Source of the DNA: Centroscyllium fabricii
Taxonomy: Eukaryota
NCBI GenBank assembly: GCA_051313645.2
Contig: JBNRSN020000010.1
Coordinates: 182,032,001-182,096,000, forward strand
Direction: 5' to 3'
DNA length: 64,000 nt
Below are positions 48,198 through 61,340 of the stretch, in pieces. Positions within the stretch are counted from its first letter, which is position 1. Each line of letters begins with the position of its first letter. The notes below the pieces were generated by a model. That model ran no database searches. It was given only the letters and a program-made list of their open reading frames with translations, and was not told where the DNA came from. The position numbers and the translations under genes were made by a program.

Positions 48198-48527
48198 TTA
48201 GAAACATAGAAACATAGAAAATAAGAGCAGGAGTAGGCCATTCAGCCCCTCGAGCCTGCTCTGCCATTCGATGAGATCATAGCTGATCATCTAAACTCAG
48301 TACCCCGTACCTGCCTTCTCCCCCTATCGCTTGATACCTTTAGCTCTAAGAAATATATCTAACTCCTTCTTGAATATATTTAATGACTTGGCCTCAACTA
48401 CATTCTGTGGTAGAGAATTCCACAAGTTCACCACTCTCTGGGTGAAGAAATTCTTCCTCATCTCTGTCCTAAATGGCTTACCCCTTATCCTTAGACTATG
48501 ACCCCTGCTTCTGGACTCTCTGACCAT
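48198..48527 (-). mobile_element. CR1 3' end, tail-to-tail with the 41302 copy
   Basis: ORF 48324-48527 (SRGHSLRIRGKPFRTEMRKNFFTQRVV) and a (catagaaa)n tail. Confidence 0.85.
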
Positions 48528-50244
48528 ATTGAGTGCCTAATCGGAAGATGAGGTGCTGTTCCTGGACCAGCACAGACTAGGCCCAATGGCCTGTTTCTGA
48601 GCTGTATATTCTATGTAATTCTATGCAAGCTGGTTGCACCCGCTAGATCACATGAAGACAAACAGAAACTGTGTGCAGTTCTGGTTGCCGCACTATAGGA
48701 AGGATGTGATTGCTTTGGAGAGGGTGCAGAGGAGATTCACCAGGATGTTACCTGGGCTGGAGCGCTTCAGCTATGAAGAAAGACTGGACAGGCTGGGGTT
48801 GTTTTCCTCGGAGCAGAGAAGGCTGAGGGGCAAAATACCTCCCCATTTGTACAAACCTTTACGTGAGGTATTTTTAATTTTAATTTTACAATCCATACAA
48901 GGAAAAATGTTATGAATAGGACGGACCATTAGGTCGAACAAGCTGTTCTATATTTTTCGGTGGATTTCGACACCACTTTCCCACCTTCTCAGATTTTTTT
49001 CCAATTGCCTCCAGAACCCATTTACACTATTCACTTTGATCGTCCTTCCTTTTAACTTATTTCATATCAGAAAGAAAGAAGAAAAAGAAAGACTTGCATT
49101 TATATAGCGCTTTTCACGGCCTCAGGACATCCCAAAGTGCTTTACAGCCAATGAAGTACATTATTCTTTGCATCAAATAGTTCTGCCCAAATTCCCTACC
49201 TACTTCTGATTTCCTAATTTATAAAATTGTGCCCTTGGTTTTTAAACCCTTCATCACTGTGAATAACTTGTCTGATTTTTGAAGTTTTATCGTCTTCGTA
49301 ATTGTGAAATGAGTTTACCTTAAAGAACTAGTCCAGCTTCTTTAACCTTGCCTCATAATTTCAATTTGTGAGACTCGCATCTGCAGTATGGCCCCGCAGT
49401 GCACCATCTGAAGGGCAATGGTAATTTTCCTATGTTGTGGTATTCAGCACTGCACACAGCAGTCCAGAAAGGCTCTAACCAGTGCCTAATACAGTAACAC
49501 GTGCACACGGCAGTAGATTAATCGTTACTGATTCTCACCTTTGTAAATGCTGATAGATTTGCTAATGTTTCATCTAAATGGGCCAGTTTAACACCTCCTT
49601 ATTAACTTCTTCTCGAGTCTAGCCTGTATAAATAAAGGATATGTCAGGGGAAAGCAGTGAGACATGACAAGAGTGTCTGCCTGTCAGGCTGACCAGGCGT
49701 GTCACCAGGAACAGTCACATGTGTTGTGTCTCACTGTTGATCGTGGCATATTCTGCTTGTAACATTTATAGAATGTTTTCAGCAGAAGAAAGAAAATCAG
49801 GTGGTGCTCTCCTGATAGCGAAAAATAAGAAATGCAGCTGACAAAGTTTTCAATCAAAGGGCTTGGATTTACTTTTTGCTGGTCAATGGGTAAGTGCCTT
49901 GGCCTGAGCAAGGCAGACCAGAAAGATCTCGGATTTCAATCCAAGGTCTGTGCTGAAGTAGCTGATCCCAGCTGAGGTGACAGCAAACTGCTCCAGCTGG
50001 GCTACAACCGGTCAAGTGAAGGTAAATATAGGCCAGGATTTCTGCTCCTGGTCGCCATCCATTGACCATTGCGGGGAAGTGCCAACGTGTCACACCATTT
50101 GGGACAGGAGCCAACATCCTCAGGCGAGAAATACTGCAATGAGGGAAATCAATACAAATGAGATGGCTTATACGACTTTCCCAGTGATTCACGGTGGCGC
50201 AAGTGTCGGCCACGAGTCACTGATTAACCCGATTTTCATCACAA

Positions 50245-50548
50245 CACCATTGGCCGCCATGCCTTCAGCTGTCTAAGTCCTAAGGAAATTCCCGAGCTTA
50301 TCATAGAATTATAGTATCATTCTATGATTCCATGATAAGCTCGGGAATTTCCTCCCTTGAAGCTTCTCCGCCTCTCCACTTCTCTCTCCTCTTTTAAGAT
50401 GCTCGTTAAAACCCACCTCTTTGACCAAGCACCGGTCCTAATATGGCCTTATTTGGCTCAGTGTGAAATTTTGTCTGATTACGTTCCAGTGAAGCACCCT
50501 GGGATGTTTTACTACATTAAAGGCGCTATATAAATGCAAGTTATTGTT
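50245..50548 (+). mobile_element. L2 3' end
   Basis: ccattggccgccatgccttcagct...ggcgctatataaatgcaagttattgtt. Confidence 0.7.
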
Positions 50549-52859
50549 TAGTTTAGGAGGAGACCACAGGGATATCTCCATGGTCTGGCACTTCCAGTAT
50601 GGAGCAGGGCCCACAGGAAGTGCATCGCAACACCCTGCTTAAAAGGAATGGATCGAAAATCACATTGCTACATGGCTGCGGTTTCCCAAATCACATTCCA
50701 CGGGAGACCTTCGCCCCGCGAAGAACACCAGACCATGGAATCACCCCTCACGGGTAAATGTGCACCGCACAGAGCTTCACCTGCGGGAGGGCTAAAGATG
50801 AAGATTTATCACATGTCCACACGGCTGGGGTTGAATATGGTTTTAAATATTCATTCACGGGATGTGGGCGCCCTTGGCAAGGCCAGCATTTATTGCCCAT
50901 CCCTAATTGGCTTTGAGGAGGTGCTGGTGGGCCGCCCTCTTGATCTGCTGCAGTCTGTGCGGTGAAGGTCCTCCCACAGTGCTGTTAGGGAGAGAGTTCT
51001 CGGATTTTGACCCAGCGACGATGAAGGACCGGCGATACATTTCTCAGTCAGGATGGAGGAGAACTTGGAGGTGCTGCTGTTCCCATGCACCTGCTGCCCT
51101 TGTTTGGGAGCCAAACACAGCTCTTTCAATAAAAGGACTCCTGTGAGCATCCTCATTCTGGGACCATGATGGTGAATTAATGTCAAAATTGATTCTTCTT
51201 TTTTTTAATTTAAATTGTGAAATCGAAAGGGTGGTCCTTTCCTTTTCGCAATTGGGCAATTCTCCGAGACGAGCACGGAATCAAGCTGCAGCCAAAAGGA
51301 ATGGCCAAGCAATTCGTTGCAAGTGAACTTACGGACCACGCGGCTCGTTCACCGGCCTAACGATACAATCATTTGGGCCTGGCCAGAGGTTCCACCTTGA
51401 TTAACATGAATCACCTGCAGGATCAGATCGGCATTACCTCAGCTGTGGCCTGCCAGCAAGCGCTGATCTCCCCGGCAGAAGCCTGGCACCACGATTCATA
51501 AGAGTGGGCAATCAAGGGTATCACACTGAACCATGGCTTCCACCTTCCCTCGGCCAGTAATTCTTACGCTTTTTTTTCATTAAATAAAATCACTTTATGC
51601 ATTTTCATCAATAATGGCTGTGTAAAGTTGATTATTTGAAAACAAAAATTTTGCAAGCTAACTCCAAAGGAGAAATTGTCTTTTTTTTAAAAAACACTGG
51701 AATATTTAATTTCCCAAAGCATTTTGTTTTATTTATTTATTTTACGTTTACAAAAAGAAACTAGCTACCAACTCCCAGATCGGCAGTATATTTATTAGAT
51801 GTAATATTTTATATCTTCGCAGTCAGAGTTGACATTATCATTCCTTTCCTATTTCAATAATAATAATCTCTAATCTTCCATTCCTTGACAGGAGCTAATG
51901 GCTTCTTTTATTATATGAGAAGCTCGTGGAACTCACTCAGTGTGGAGCAAAATGAGCTGTTTTTTTTTAATGTTAATTCCTTTCATGATATAGACTTCCC
52001 TGAAGTCACTAACAAGGTAAGGGAGGATGAAATTGTTACTAGTGCGAGCAGGGAAAGAATCAAAGGATTATAATTATCCTTTTAACATTTTTCTTTATTT
52101 TTGTTTTAAAGGAGTTGATAGCCTTTTTACTGGCTGATACCTATATTTAGACCTAAGTAAAAAGCAACTTGGATGTCGTTAATGTATGTTCGGTCCTCAT
52201 TAGCTCTTATTCCATCTGGATGAGGCGTCCTGATTTCAACAGATTTTCAAGCTCGTCTTCTTAAACTTCACGTCAGCCACCTCTTCTGATCTAACAAACT
52301 AAGGATGAAAAGACAAGGGAAAAGCAACAAAGGAAAGGCTTGGAGTAAAGAAAGGGGGATAGTAGGAGGGAGAAAGAGCCAAATGAGCGAAAGAAAAGAC
52401 CAAGAGGGTTCAGGCGCGACAATCCTTCACACTTGGGATCCCAGTCTTGGTCAAGTCGATGTGGGAAAGGCGCCAAACAAGGTCCCAAAATGCATGCAGG
52501 TGAGGGAAGCTCATCTTAGTTCTTTCATCCGAGAACAAACCTGGCGGTCCTCCATCATGTCATCTAAATGGATCATTAATGTACCCGAGGTGTTTGCCTG
52601 TGGTACTCTACCTGGAAGAGCATTCTAAATGTTGATTACTCTCCACATACCTTGCGCAAGTGATTGCACTTCAAAAGTAGTTCATTGGCTGTAAAGCGCG
52701 TTGGGGCATCCTGAGGTCGTGAAAGGCGCTATACAAATGCAAGTCTTTCTTTTCTTTTAAAGTTCTTCTTAACATCAGCCCTGAAGTGGCCGTTAGCAAG
52801 TTTTGGCCTTTACTTTCTTGCTGTTCTCTCCTGCCCTGAAGTAGTACTCCAGATTTACC

Positions 52860-53131
52860 TGATGCACAATCAATTACGCCAGTCGATGGTGAGATGTAAT
52901 CAAGGCTTTTATTCACATAGAACAGGACACAGGTCCGACAATCTTCCAAGCCAAAGTGAGAGCACTCAGGTGTGCTCTCACTTTTATACCCAGTGGGCGG
53001 AGCCTGGGGAGGAAGCCGAGGAGCGGAGTCCTCCCAGGTGAGTCCTCCCTGGCAGGGAGACGTTATGTGCAGTTACAGGGAGGGGACACAAGGGGGAGAC
53101 ATATATATACAACATACAGTGGTTTACCACA
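52860..53131 (-). repeat. Gypsy solo LTR, 5-bp TSD TTACC
   Basis: ttacc|tgatgcacaatcaattac...gtttaccaca|ttacc; reverse-complement similar to 35191-35488. Confidence 0.9.
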
Positions 53132-53854
53132 TTACCTTACCTAAACTATTTGATATACACCTTTGTCAGGTCACCTCCTTTCAAGTCTAAAGAGCCTCAG
53201 TTTCTCCAGCAGAAGCAAAGTGCTTCTCCATCAGGAGGGAGGGAGGGTGTGTTGCTACAAGGTTGTGCTTATGCATCTAACACCAGCCACTAGAAGATGC
53301 ACATAAGGGTGGCCTGAGGATGGCACTCTCTCTGATTTTTCTTTTCTTCCTTTGTGGAAGTGTTTGGGTTTCCCCATGGTGATTACAGAGAATGACATAG
53401 GATTTAACAGCACCAAAACAGGCCATTCAGCCCAACAGGTCTATGCCGCTGTTTATGCTCCACATGAGCCTCCTCCCACCTTACTTCACCTATCAGCAAA
53501 TCCATCTACTCCGTTCTCCCTCATGCACTTATCTAGCTTCCCCTGAAATGTATCTATGCTACGCGCCGCAACCACTCCTGGTGGTGATTACTGTTGCGTT
53601 TGCAGGGTGAAATCAATGGCAGCCTGTAAAACTGAACTTGTGTCGTTTTTTAATGGTGCCCAACTACACTCACAGACAAAAGCAATCCAGTACCTATCAC
53701 AATCACAGACATAACATAATGTATAAAACTTCATGTACTCTAATGCAACACTGTAACCCAGTGTGCAGACATAACAATTACAAGTTCCACATTCTCACCA
53801 CTCTCTGAACAAGGAGGTTTCTCCTGAATTCCCTATTGGATTTATTAGTTACTA

Positions 53855-54484
53855 CAGGTTGAGCACCGGTAATCCGTTAACCGGAAAGCCGGCAGCTTCA
53901 GTCGTCTGGTATAAATTGCCCCAACTGCCCTGCGCATGCGCAAAATGGCCGCCGCGATTGATGCTTCGGCAAAAGATCTGCGCAAGCGTCACCGAACGGC
54001 GAGCGCATGCGCAGATCATTCACAATGGTTGCCGCGGGCCGGGCCTCCCCGAGCCGATTGCGGTCCAGGCCTTCCCGAGTCTCTCTGAACCGATTGCGGT
54101 CCAGGCCTTCCCGAGTTTCTCCGAGCCGATCGCGGGCCGGGCCTTCCTGAGTCTCTCCGAGCCGATCGCGGGCCGGGCCGTCCCGAGTCTCTCCGAGCCG
54201 ATCGCGGGCCGGGCCGTCCCGAGTCTCTCCGAGCCGATCGCGGGCCGGGCCGTCCCGAGTCTCTCCGAGCCGATCGCGGGCCGGGTCTCTCTGAGCCGAT
54301 CGCGGGCCGGGGCTCCCCGAACGATAAGCGCATGCACAGACCACTCAAAATGGCCACTGGCCTTTCGCGACTGCCATTTTGAATTGTCTGCGCATGCGCT
54401 CGCCAAAGCTTCAATCGTTCGGGATTTTCACTTTCCCAGCACGGGCCTGGTCCCGCCCGTGCCGGATTAACGGTGCTCAAGCTG
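53855..54484 (-). mobile_element. Tigger/pogo-type MITE, copy 4, with a 36-bp tandem array
   Basis: TA|caggttgagcaccggtaatcc ... ggattaacggtgctcaagctg|TA. About 7 units of ccgagccgatcgcgggccgggccgtcccgagtctct at 54049-54312. Interrupts a minus-strand CR1 remnant. Confidence 0.85.
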
Positions 54485-55205
54485 TACCTTATATTTATGG
54501 CCCCTAGTTTTGGGCTCCCCCGCAAGTGGTCTAGGTCTACCCCTATCGAACCCCTTCATAATTGTAAAGACCTCTATCGGGTCACCCCCTGCCAGCCTTC
54601 CCTTTTCTAGAGAGAGGGGCCCCAGCCTGTTCAGTCTTTCCTGATAGTTGTAAAGTGACTGAGATGGAGACGTCAGTGTAAAAAGCCATGCAGCACAATT
54701 CCATGTTCCACCACACTGCCCCCCCCCCCCGATCACAAGATAATTGAAGAAGAGTGAGGCCATTTTAGTTCATTTATCCCGAAATACTCTTCAGTTCCTC
54801 CATTGCAGCATTCAATTGGTTCTGAATTGATTTCAGGATTTTTGTCTCCATACTCTACCTGGAAATTCATGCTAAGTACCGCTCACTCTTTTTGTGGAAA
54901 ACCTCCTGATATTGTTCCTAAATCTGCTTCTTCCCAGCCCTATTCATACACTTTGAAGTAATTGTCAGGATTTACTTTTTCCATACCGTTAACTATCGTT
55001 TAGCTCTGTACGGTCACCTTTCCGATGGCTCCTTTCAAGGCTGAAAAGCACAAGTTTCTTAATCGCTCCTCAGAACTCAGGTGTGCGATTTACTTTGCTC
55101 TTTTTCACACTGCCTTCTATGTTTGAATGTTTCCCTTGTGTCCTCAGGTACTGTCTCCCACTCCCTCAAATCAGCCATCATCACCCCTCTCCTCAAAAAA
55201 ACAAC

Positions 55206-56759
55206 TGTAGGATTCTCAAAATTCCCACACCCCTCCCAGTTATTCAATGATATAACCGTACGTAGAGAAAAGAACTTCCAGCAAAAGGCTGCAAGTTTCA
55301 AAACCGACAACAGGCCCATGGCCAAGGTCAAAGGGCATGGAATGTCACTTACCTGAAACCAGACAGACAGCAGGGAGCACAATCCACTTCCAAACAGACA
55401 GGAGCCGGAGATGATTCGATCTTGTTAACATGTTAACGATTAAACATTATGCATAAATAAGCACTCCTCTTTTACTCGTCCATTAAGGCAGAAACCAGTA
55501 ACTCGAACGTTTTGCATAACTGAAACTTCCAAACTTCAGAACAATCAAACATCGATACTGGATGTGACCGAAATAACGACCTCGTGGACGAGTAGTTATA
55601 AGGGTGAAACAATACGGCTTTTATTCACTAAATGGTGGACATGCACCAGGTAGTCGACCGTCCCCAGGAATGGCTGGGGGATGGGAGACGGCCACTTATA
55701 TACCTCCTCCTGGGAGGGAGGAGTCGCGGGTGGAGCCAGCCTGGGCATGTCCAGGTAATCGTACAACAGGTTAAACAGGTTATATACAAACATAGATATA
55801 AGCACGATTACAGAGATACATCATAGGGTGAGTATATACAATGGAAACAGTGGTTTACCACACTGGACACTTGACACCTCCCAGAACAAAGCGCCCTAAA
55901 CGACAGGGCCATTAAGGGAGGGGACCACCATCCCAAAACTCATTAAAGTTAATGGCCACGATCACCTTTTGCTAGCCCGCCAAAATTTGGAACAATAGCC
56001 TGGCTTTGATTTGGCGCGAGATAAGAGACACAGATTTTGTATAACTGTGAGGCTCCAAAAGCAAGCAGGCAGGCAGACACTCGACAGAGCAGACAGGAGA
56101 TTCAGAAGACAAGAAGGCAGAATGTAATGAGAAGTCGGCGAAGCATCTGGACAGGAGGACAAGCACTATCAACTACTAAGAAGACCAGGAAACGAAACCC
56201 AAAGTCCCTGTACAAAGTTTAAAGGGGCTAGGTAACAGGCAGTACTCTCTGAGAGCAGAACAGCACAGAGAAATTGATCCGCTACAAGTATTGCGCAGTT
56301 CCTGAGGGAGAGCGACCAAGTGACAGCGGTAGACCCCTAGGGACAAGAAGCAGCAAACTCCAAACTCACAACTGCAGTGGCAGAACTTTTGGCTTGGTGA
56401 GCATGAATCCATGAGTTCTCATTGCAAAAATCTAGCTAGGTAATAGGGATGGGACCAGGTTAAAGGGGAGTAAATATAATTGTGATTTTGTTCCCTCGAT
56501 GTGTCGTATCTTTCCCCATTCCCAGTTATTGTATTTTGTTTTATAAAGTTTAGTCCTGTATGTTAACGTATCATAATTTCCTCTCTGTTATAAAATTTTA
56601 TGGTGATTTGTCATAAAAGCAGTTTTCTTGCATCGAACCTGTTGTCCATTCTATTTTGTGCATCGCAAACCTGCACCCAAGTCCAGTGTCGAGCACCTCA
56701 GGGGCGTGGGAGTATTTCAAACCGCTCAAGGAAGTCAGAGGCAAAGCTGACCCCCTGCA
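55206..56759. repeat. Long solo LTR (~1.25 kb net), 4-bp TSD CAAC
   Basis: caac|tgtagg...cctgca|caac; removing it restores the L2 sequence aaaacaacccttgac. Confidence 0.75.
55563..55862 (-). repeat. Gypsy solo LTR nested in the long LTR, 5-bp TSD CTGGA
   Basis: ctgga|tgtgaccg...ggacgagtagtta...gtttaccaca|ctgga. Confidence 0.9.
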
Positions 56760-58319
56760 CAACCCTTGACCCCCTCCATCATTGCAAACTACCACTCCAT
56801 CTCCAACCTCCCTTTCCTCTCCAAAGTCCTTGAACGTGTTGTTGCCTCCCAAATCCGTGCCCATCATTCCTTCAATTCCATGTTTGAATCCCTCCAATCA
56901 GATTTACACCCTTGCCACAGTACCGAAATGGCTCTCATCAAAGTCACAAATGACATCCTTTGTGACTGTGTTCCTCCTCGTCCTGCTTGACTTGACTGCA
57001 GCCTTTGACACGGTTGACCACTCCATCCTTCTCCAACACCTGTCGCCCAGTTGGGTGGGACTGCACTCGCCTGGTTCCATTCTTATCTATCTAATTGTAG
57101 CCAATCACCTGCAATGGCTTCTCTTCCCGCTCCCGTCTCGTTACCTCTGGTGTCCCCACGGATCTATCCTTGGCCTCCTCCTATTTCTCATTGATATGTT
57201 GCCCCTTGGCGACATCATCTGAAAACACAGCATCAGTTTCCACATTTACGCTGACGACACCCAGCCCTACCTCACTACCACTTCTCTCAACCTCTCCACG
57301 GTCTCTACAATGTCAGATTGCTTGTCCGACATACAGCTCTGGATGGGCAGAAAGTTTCTCCAATTAAATATTGGGAAGACCAAAGTCATTGTTTTCAGTC
57401 CCCGCGACAAACTCCGTTCTCTAGCCATTGACTCCATCCCTCTCCCTAACATTAACCCTGAAATGAGCTTCCGACCACATACCTGCAGCATAACTAAGAC
57501 TGTCTACATCCACCTCCGTAACATCGCCCGTCTCTGCCCTTGCCTCAGCTCATCTGCTGCTGAAAGCCTCATCCATGCCTTTGTTAACTCTAGACTTGAT
57601 TATTCCAACGCAATTCCTGGGTGGCCTCCCACATTCTACCCTATGTAAACTTGAGGTCATCCAAAACTCGGCTTCCCGTATCCTAACTCGCACCAAGTCC
57701 CGTTCACCCATCAACCCTGTGCTCGCTAACCTACATTGGCTCCCGGGTAAGCAATGCCTCGATTTCAAAATTCTTATCCTTGTTTTCAAATCCCTCTATG
57801 GCCTCGCCCCTCCCTATCTCTGTAATCTACTTCAGCCCCACAACATCCCCGAGATATCTGCGCTCCTCTAATTCTGCACTCTTGAGCATCCCTGATTATA
57901 ATCGCTCAACCATTGGTGGCCGTGCCTTCTGTTGCCGAGGCCCTAAGCTCTGGAATTCCCTGCCTGAACCTCCCCGCCTCGCTACCTCTCTTTCCTCCTT
58001 TAAGACGATCCTTAAAACCTACCTCTTTCACGAAGCTTTTGGTCACCTACCCTAATTTCTCCTTAAGTGACTGGGTGTCAAATTTTTTGTCTTTTAATAT
58101 TCCTGTGAAGCGCCTTGGGACGTTTTACTATGTTAAAAGCACTATATAAATACAGGTTGTTGTTGTCTCGGTGGCCCGAACTGGACACAGTGCTCAAGGT
58201 ATGGTTTGGCTGCGGAGCACTGCAGAGTTTGATCCTGACATCCTCCTACTTGTATTCTACTGTCCAGCCAATATAAATCAACTACTGTTGCTTTGTGGAT
58301 TACTGTTCTACATTAGTTG

Positions 58320-58975
58320 GAGTTGTCGGCCTTTATTGCAAGGAGGTTGGAGTACAAGAGTAAGGAAGTCTTGCTACAATTGTACAGGGCCTTGGTGAGA
58401 CCACACCTGGAGTACTGTGCACAGTTTTGGTCTCCTTATCTGAGGAAGGATATACTTGCCCTAGAGGCGGTGCAACAAAGGTTCACTAGGTTGATTTCTG
58501 GGATGAGAGGGCTGTCCTATGATGAAAGATTGTGTAGAATGGGCCAATATTCTCTGGAGGTTAGAAGAATAAGAGGTGATCTCATTGAAACATACAAGAT
58601 TATGAAGGGGATTGACAGGGTTGATGCTGAGAATTTGTTTCCCCTGGCTGGAGAGTCTAGAACTAGGGGTCACAGTCTCAGGATAAGGGGTAGGCCATTT
58701 AAGACTGAGATGAAGAGGAATTTCTTCACTCAGAGGGTTGTAAAACTTTGGAATTCTCTGCCCCAGAGGGCTATGCATGCTGAGTCTTTGAGTATATTCA
58801 AGGCTGAGATAGATAGATTTTTGGGCACTAGGGGAAATCAAGGGATATGGAGATCGGGCAGGAAAGTAAAGTTGAGGATGATGATCAGCTATGATCTTAT
58901 TGAACGGTGGAGCAGGCTCGAGGGGCCGCATGGTCTATTCCTGCTCTTATTTCTTCTGTTCTTCTGTTCTTATGT
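58320..58975 (+). mobile_element. CR1 3' end
   Basis: ORF 58317-58994 with CR1 RT C-terminal motifs. Confidence 0.9.
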
Positions 58976-59394
58976 TGAGTGCCGAGTCTGCTAAAACTCA
59001 TGTTGGTACTTCAAACCGCTGAGCCACCGTACTGTGCATTTTCCTCTCTTCTCAGTCCTTTCAATTACTTACTCTGACCACCAACATTTTGAAAGTCCGT
59101 CCCAGCGAGCATGTGAGTGGATCTACAGAGCCAGCTGCACTGCCAAATCCAGCAACAATATGATGACATAGATGAGCTTGTATACTCAGTATCTACTCAA
59201 AAAGACAATACCAGTGAGCAAAAACTCTTATCTTTTAATTCCTTCCAAGTGGTGATAGATGCCACAACTATTAAGAGCTGCCTCAGAACAACAACATCAA
59301 TAAATACTCTGTTGTAAAGCAGGGTTCTAACTAGCAGAAACCTGTATCTAAAACCAAGATTGAATTATAAGGAGGACAAAAGGAATGGGTGAAA

Positions 59395-60491
59395 TGTGAC
59401 ACAAATCAGTGCTGTCGGCCAAGCTCCCAGCCAGTGTTCAATGCCAGAGTGGCTGGTGACAAGTATGGACTGTGAAGGAATAAGCCATATTCAGAAAAAT
59501 ACACCACTCTATGAAAGAATTCTAGCCTTATTAAAACATGCCAAACTGGGTTTGGAAATCTGGAAGCCTCAACAATCTAAAGCTGTAAACAGCATACAGG
59601 CTATTGAGATAAGATAAGTTGTTGACACTGAATCAATAACCTTATTGAAACAGGAGGTTGGAGGCTCCTGAAGTCTGCAGCTTTGGAAAGAACACAATGG
59701 TACACCCTGTTAAGTTGTCCTAAGTTATACTTCAGAAAGAAACACAGAAAATTAAGAAACATATGCCTTCGTAAAAATGACATCAAATGAAACACAGGAG
59801 ACATGATTCTGTGTTGCAACCAGCTGAGGTAAATAAGAATTGCATAGATTGTCCTGGTTGAGGTTGTTTAATTTACAGACACAAACAGAAGACCTTGGTA
59901 AAAATGACATCAAATAGATGCACCTGCTGATTACACCATTTTTTATGGTGAGCTTCGAACACCTAGGGTAGAAACATAATTCTTAATGCTACCAGCTGAA
60001 CTGACTGTAAGAATAGCAGGGGTTAGCAGAAAAATAACCAGTGATAATTAGCTTACATCAGCAGAAAACTTCAAAGGAAATACCACTGAGAAAGGTTATA
60101 AATATTGAACTTTCAAATGGGATGATAAATTCGCTGTAAAGGGGTAAAGTGATTCTCGGCTTCAGAGGCTCGCACTGTAAGTCTACACCTCTTTGTATTT
60201 TGGGGATCAGCGGTATTGTATTTGATTTTGGTGGATATTCTGAATAAGACTGAGAACTGTGAAACTGTAGAGAAGTTAAGATCTCTAATAAGAATTGTGA
60301 AGCTTATTCTTTTTGGAACTGTTGATGCTGTAATTGAAAAACCTACTGTAATTACATGTTGGTGCTTTAATAAATCTATATATTTTTAGAATTGTCTCAC
60401 ATAATACTTCTGTATTAAACTCAAAAACTCAACCTCTGTATGCTCCTTGGTGAGGAGTTGCAGAATTCTGAGGGAGTTTTCCGGACCCTCA
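59395..60491 (+). repeat. Possible old long LTR
   Basis: Purine tract aaaaggaatgggtgaaa then TG, internal tataaa and aataaa/attaaa, ending at accctca. No TSD or partner LTR seen. Confidence 0.35.
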
Positions 60492-60527
60492 TAATATCCG
60501 GAATGTTCCAGTCTAGCTAAACTTATT

Positions 60528-61139
60528 GGCCCAGAAATTCCGCTCCCAACGCGTGAGTACGCGCTGGATACTCACCCGTAGGCCCATCCGAAGTGCTGGT
60601 TTTGTGCATGTCTCTGGGTAAGAATGGAGAAAGATATGGCTCCTATTTTCATGCGCAAAGACCCCTTTTCAGAAGGTAAGTGGTGAATTAATTCAATTTA
60701 AAAAAAAAATCCACAGGTTTTTTATTTTTAAATACTTTAAAGAAAGGTAAGTTGATTTTTAGCACCGTTAAAAAACTTTAATTTTTTTTTTCAAAATTTT
60801 AAATTTTTATTTAAAATAGCTGGTTGATGTAATTGATAGTTATTTTTAAGATTTACTGAGGTTTTGGGGCTTGTAGTATTCATAAGTTTGACAGGTTTTC
60901 CTGTCAAACCTATGAATGGAGCATTAAGTGCTCTGATTGGCTTTCCGTGGCCCACGTGATCCCGCGCGATCCCTCGCACTAAATGCACCGCTCGGATCCG
61001 GGAGCACGGTGCGTCGGCACTTCAGGAAGGCCCCGCATCGGGATTCCATGCGGGGTCACAGCTCAACGGCCGGCGCTGTAGATCAGTACAGGTTGGAGGC
61101 TTGCACTCGCGGGAAGCCTCCAACCCGAATTTCTGGGCC
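60528..61139. mobile_element. PIF/Harbinger-like MITE
   Basis: TIRs ggcccagaaattc / gaatttctgggcc. Confidence 0.7.
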
Positions 61140-61340
61140 AATGAAAACTGCTATCTGGAGGATGGTAACATCATCAGGTCATTCCTTTCCTTTAGGGAGA
61201 GATAGTTCATACCTTTAGACCCAATTAAGTGTCTTTAGCGTTCGGCTACCTCAAACTTGAGTTGAAAGTGAATGTCTGGGGAATACGCCTGATCTGGGGT
61301 AGCGCTAAAGGGGCTAGGACTAGTGATAATCCTTTCAGGA

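Larger units (their letters stand above)
38355..48565 (-). mobile_element. Penelope-like element with direct terminal repeats, heavily nested
   Basis: RT pieces at 39423-40189 (QIKGVAMGTRMGPSYA..QYIDD, HYKPTDSHSYLDYTSSHP). 3' end 38355-38856 is repeated at 40913-41301 and 48527-48565. TSD accagcac(c/a)gactag at 38340-38354 and 48566-48580. Confidence 0.8.
55080..58165 (+). mobile_element. L2 LINE ORF2 3' half, split by nested LTRs
   Basis: LKSAIITPLLKK|..ISNLPFLSKVLE, LLDLTAAFDTVDH, HIYADD, SRLDYSN, LHWLP; (ttg)n tail. Confidence 0.9.

Noticed and set aside
51333-51414. Minus-strand exon bounded by cag and gtaagt
   Set aside because: Stop codons in all three frames.
53859-54525. Repetitive ORFs (SEPIAGRAVPSL)n
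   Set aside because: In-frame 36-bp tandem array inside a MITE; no transposase motifs.
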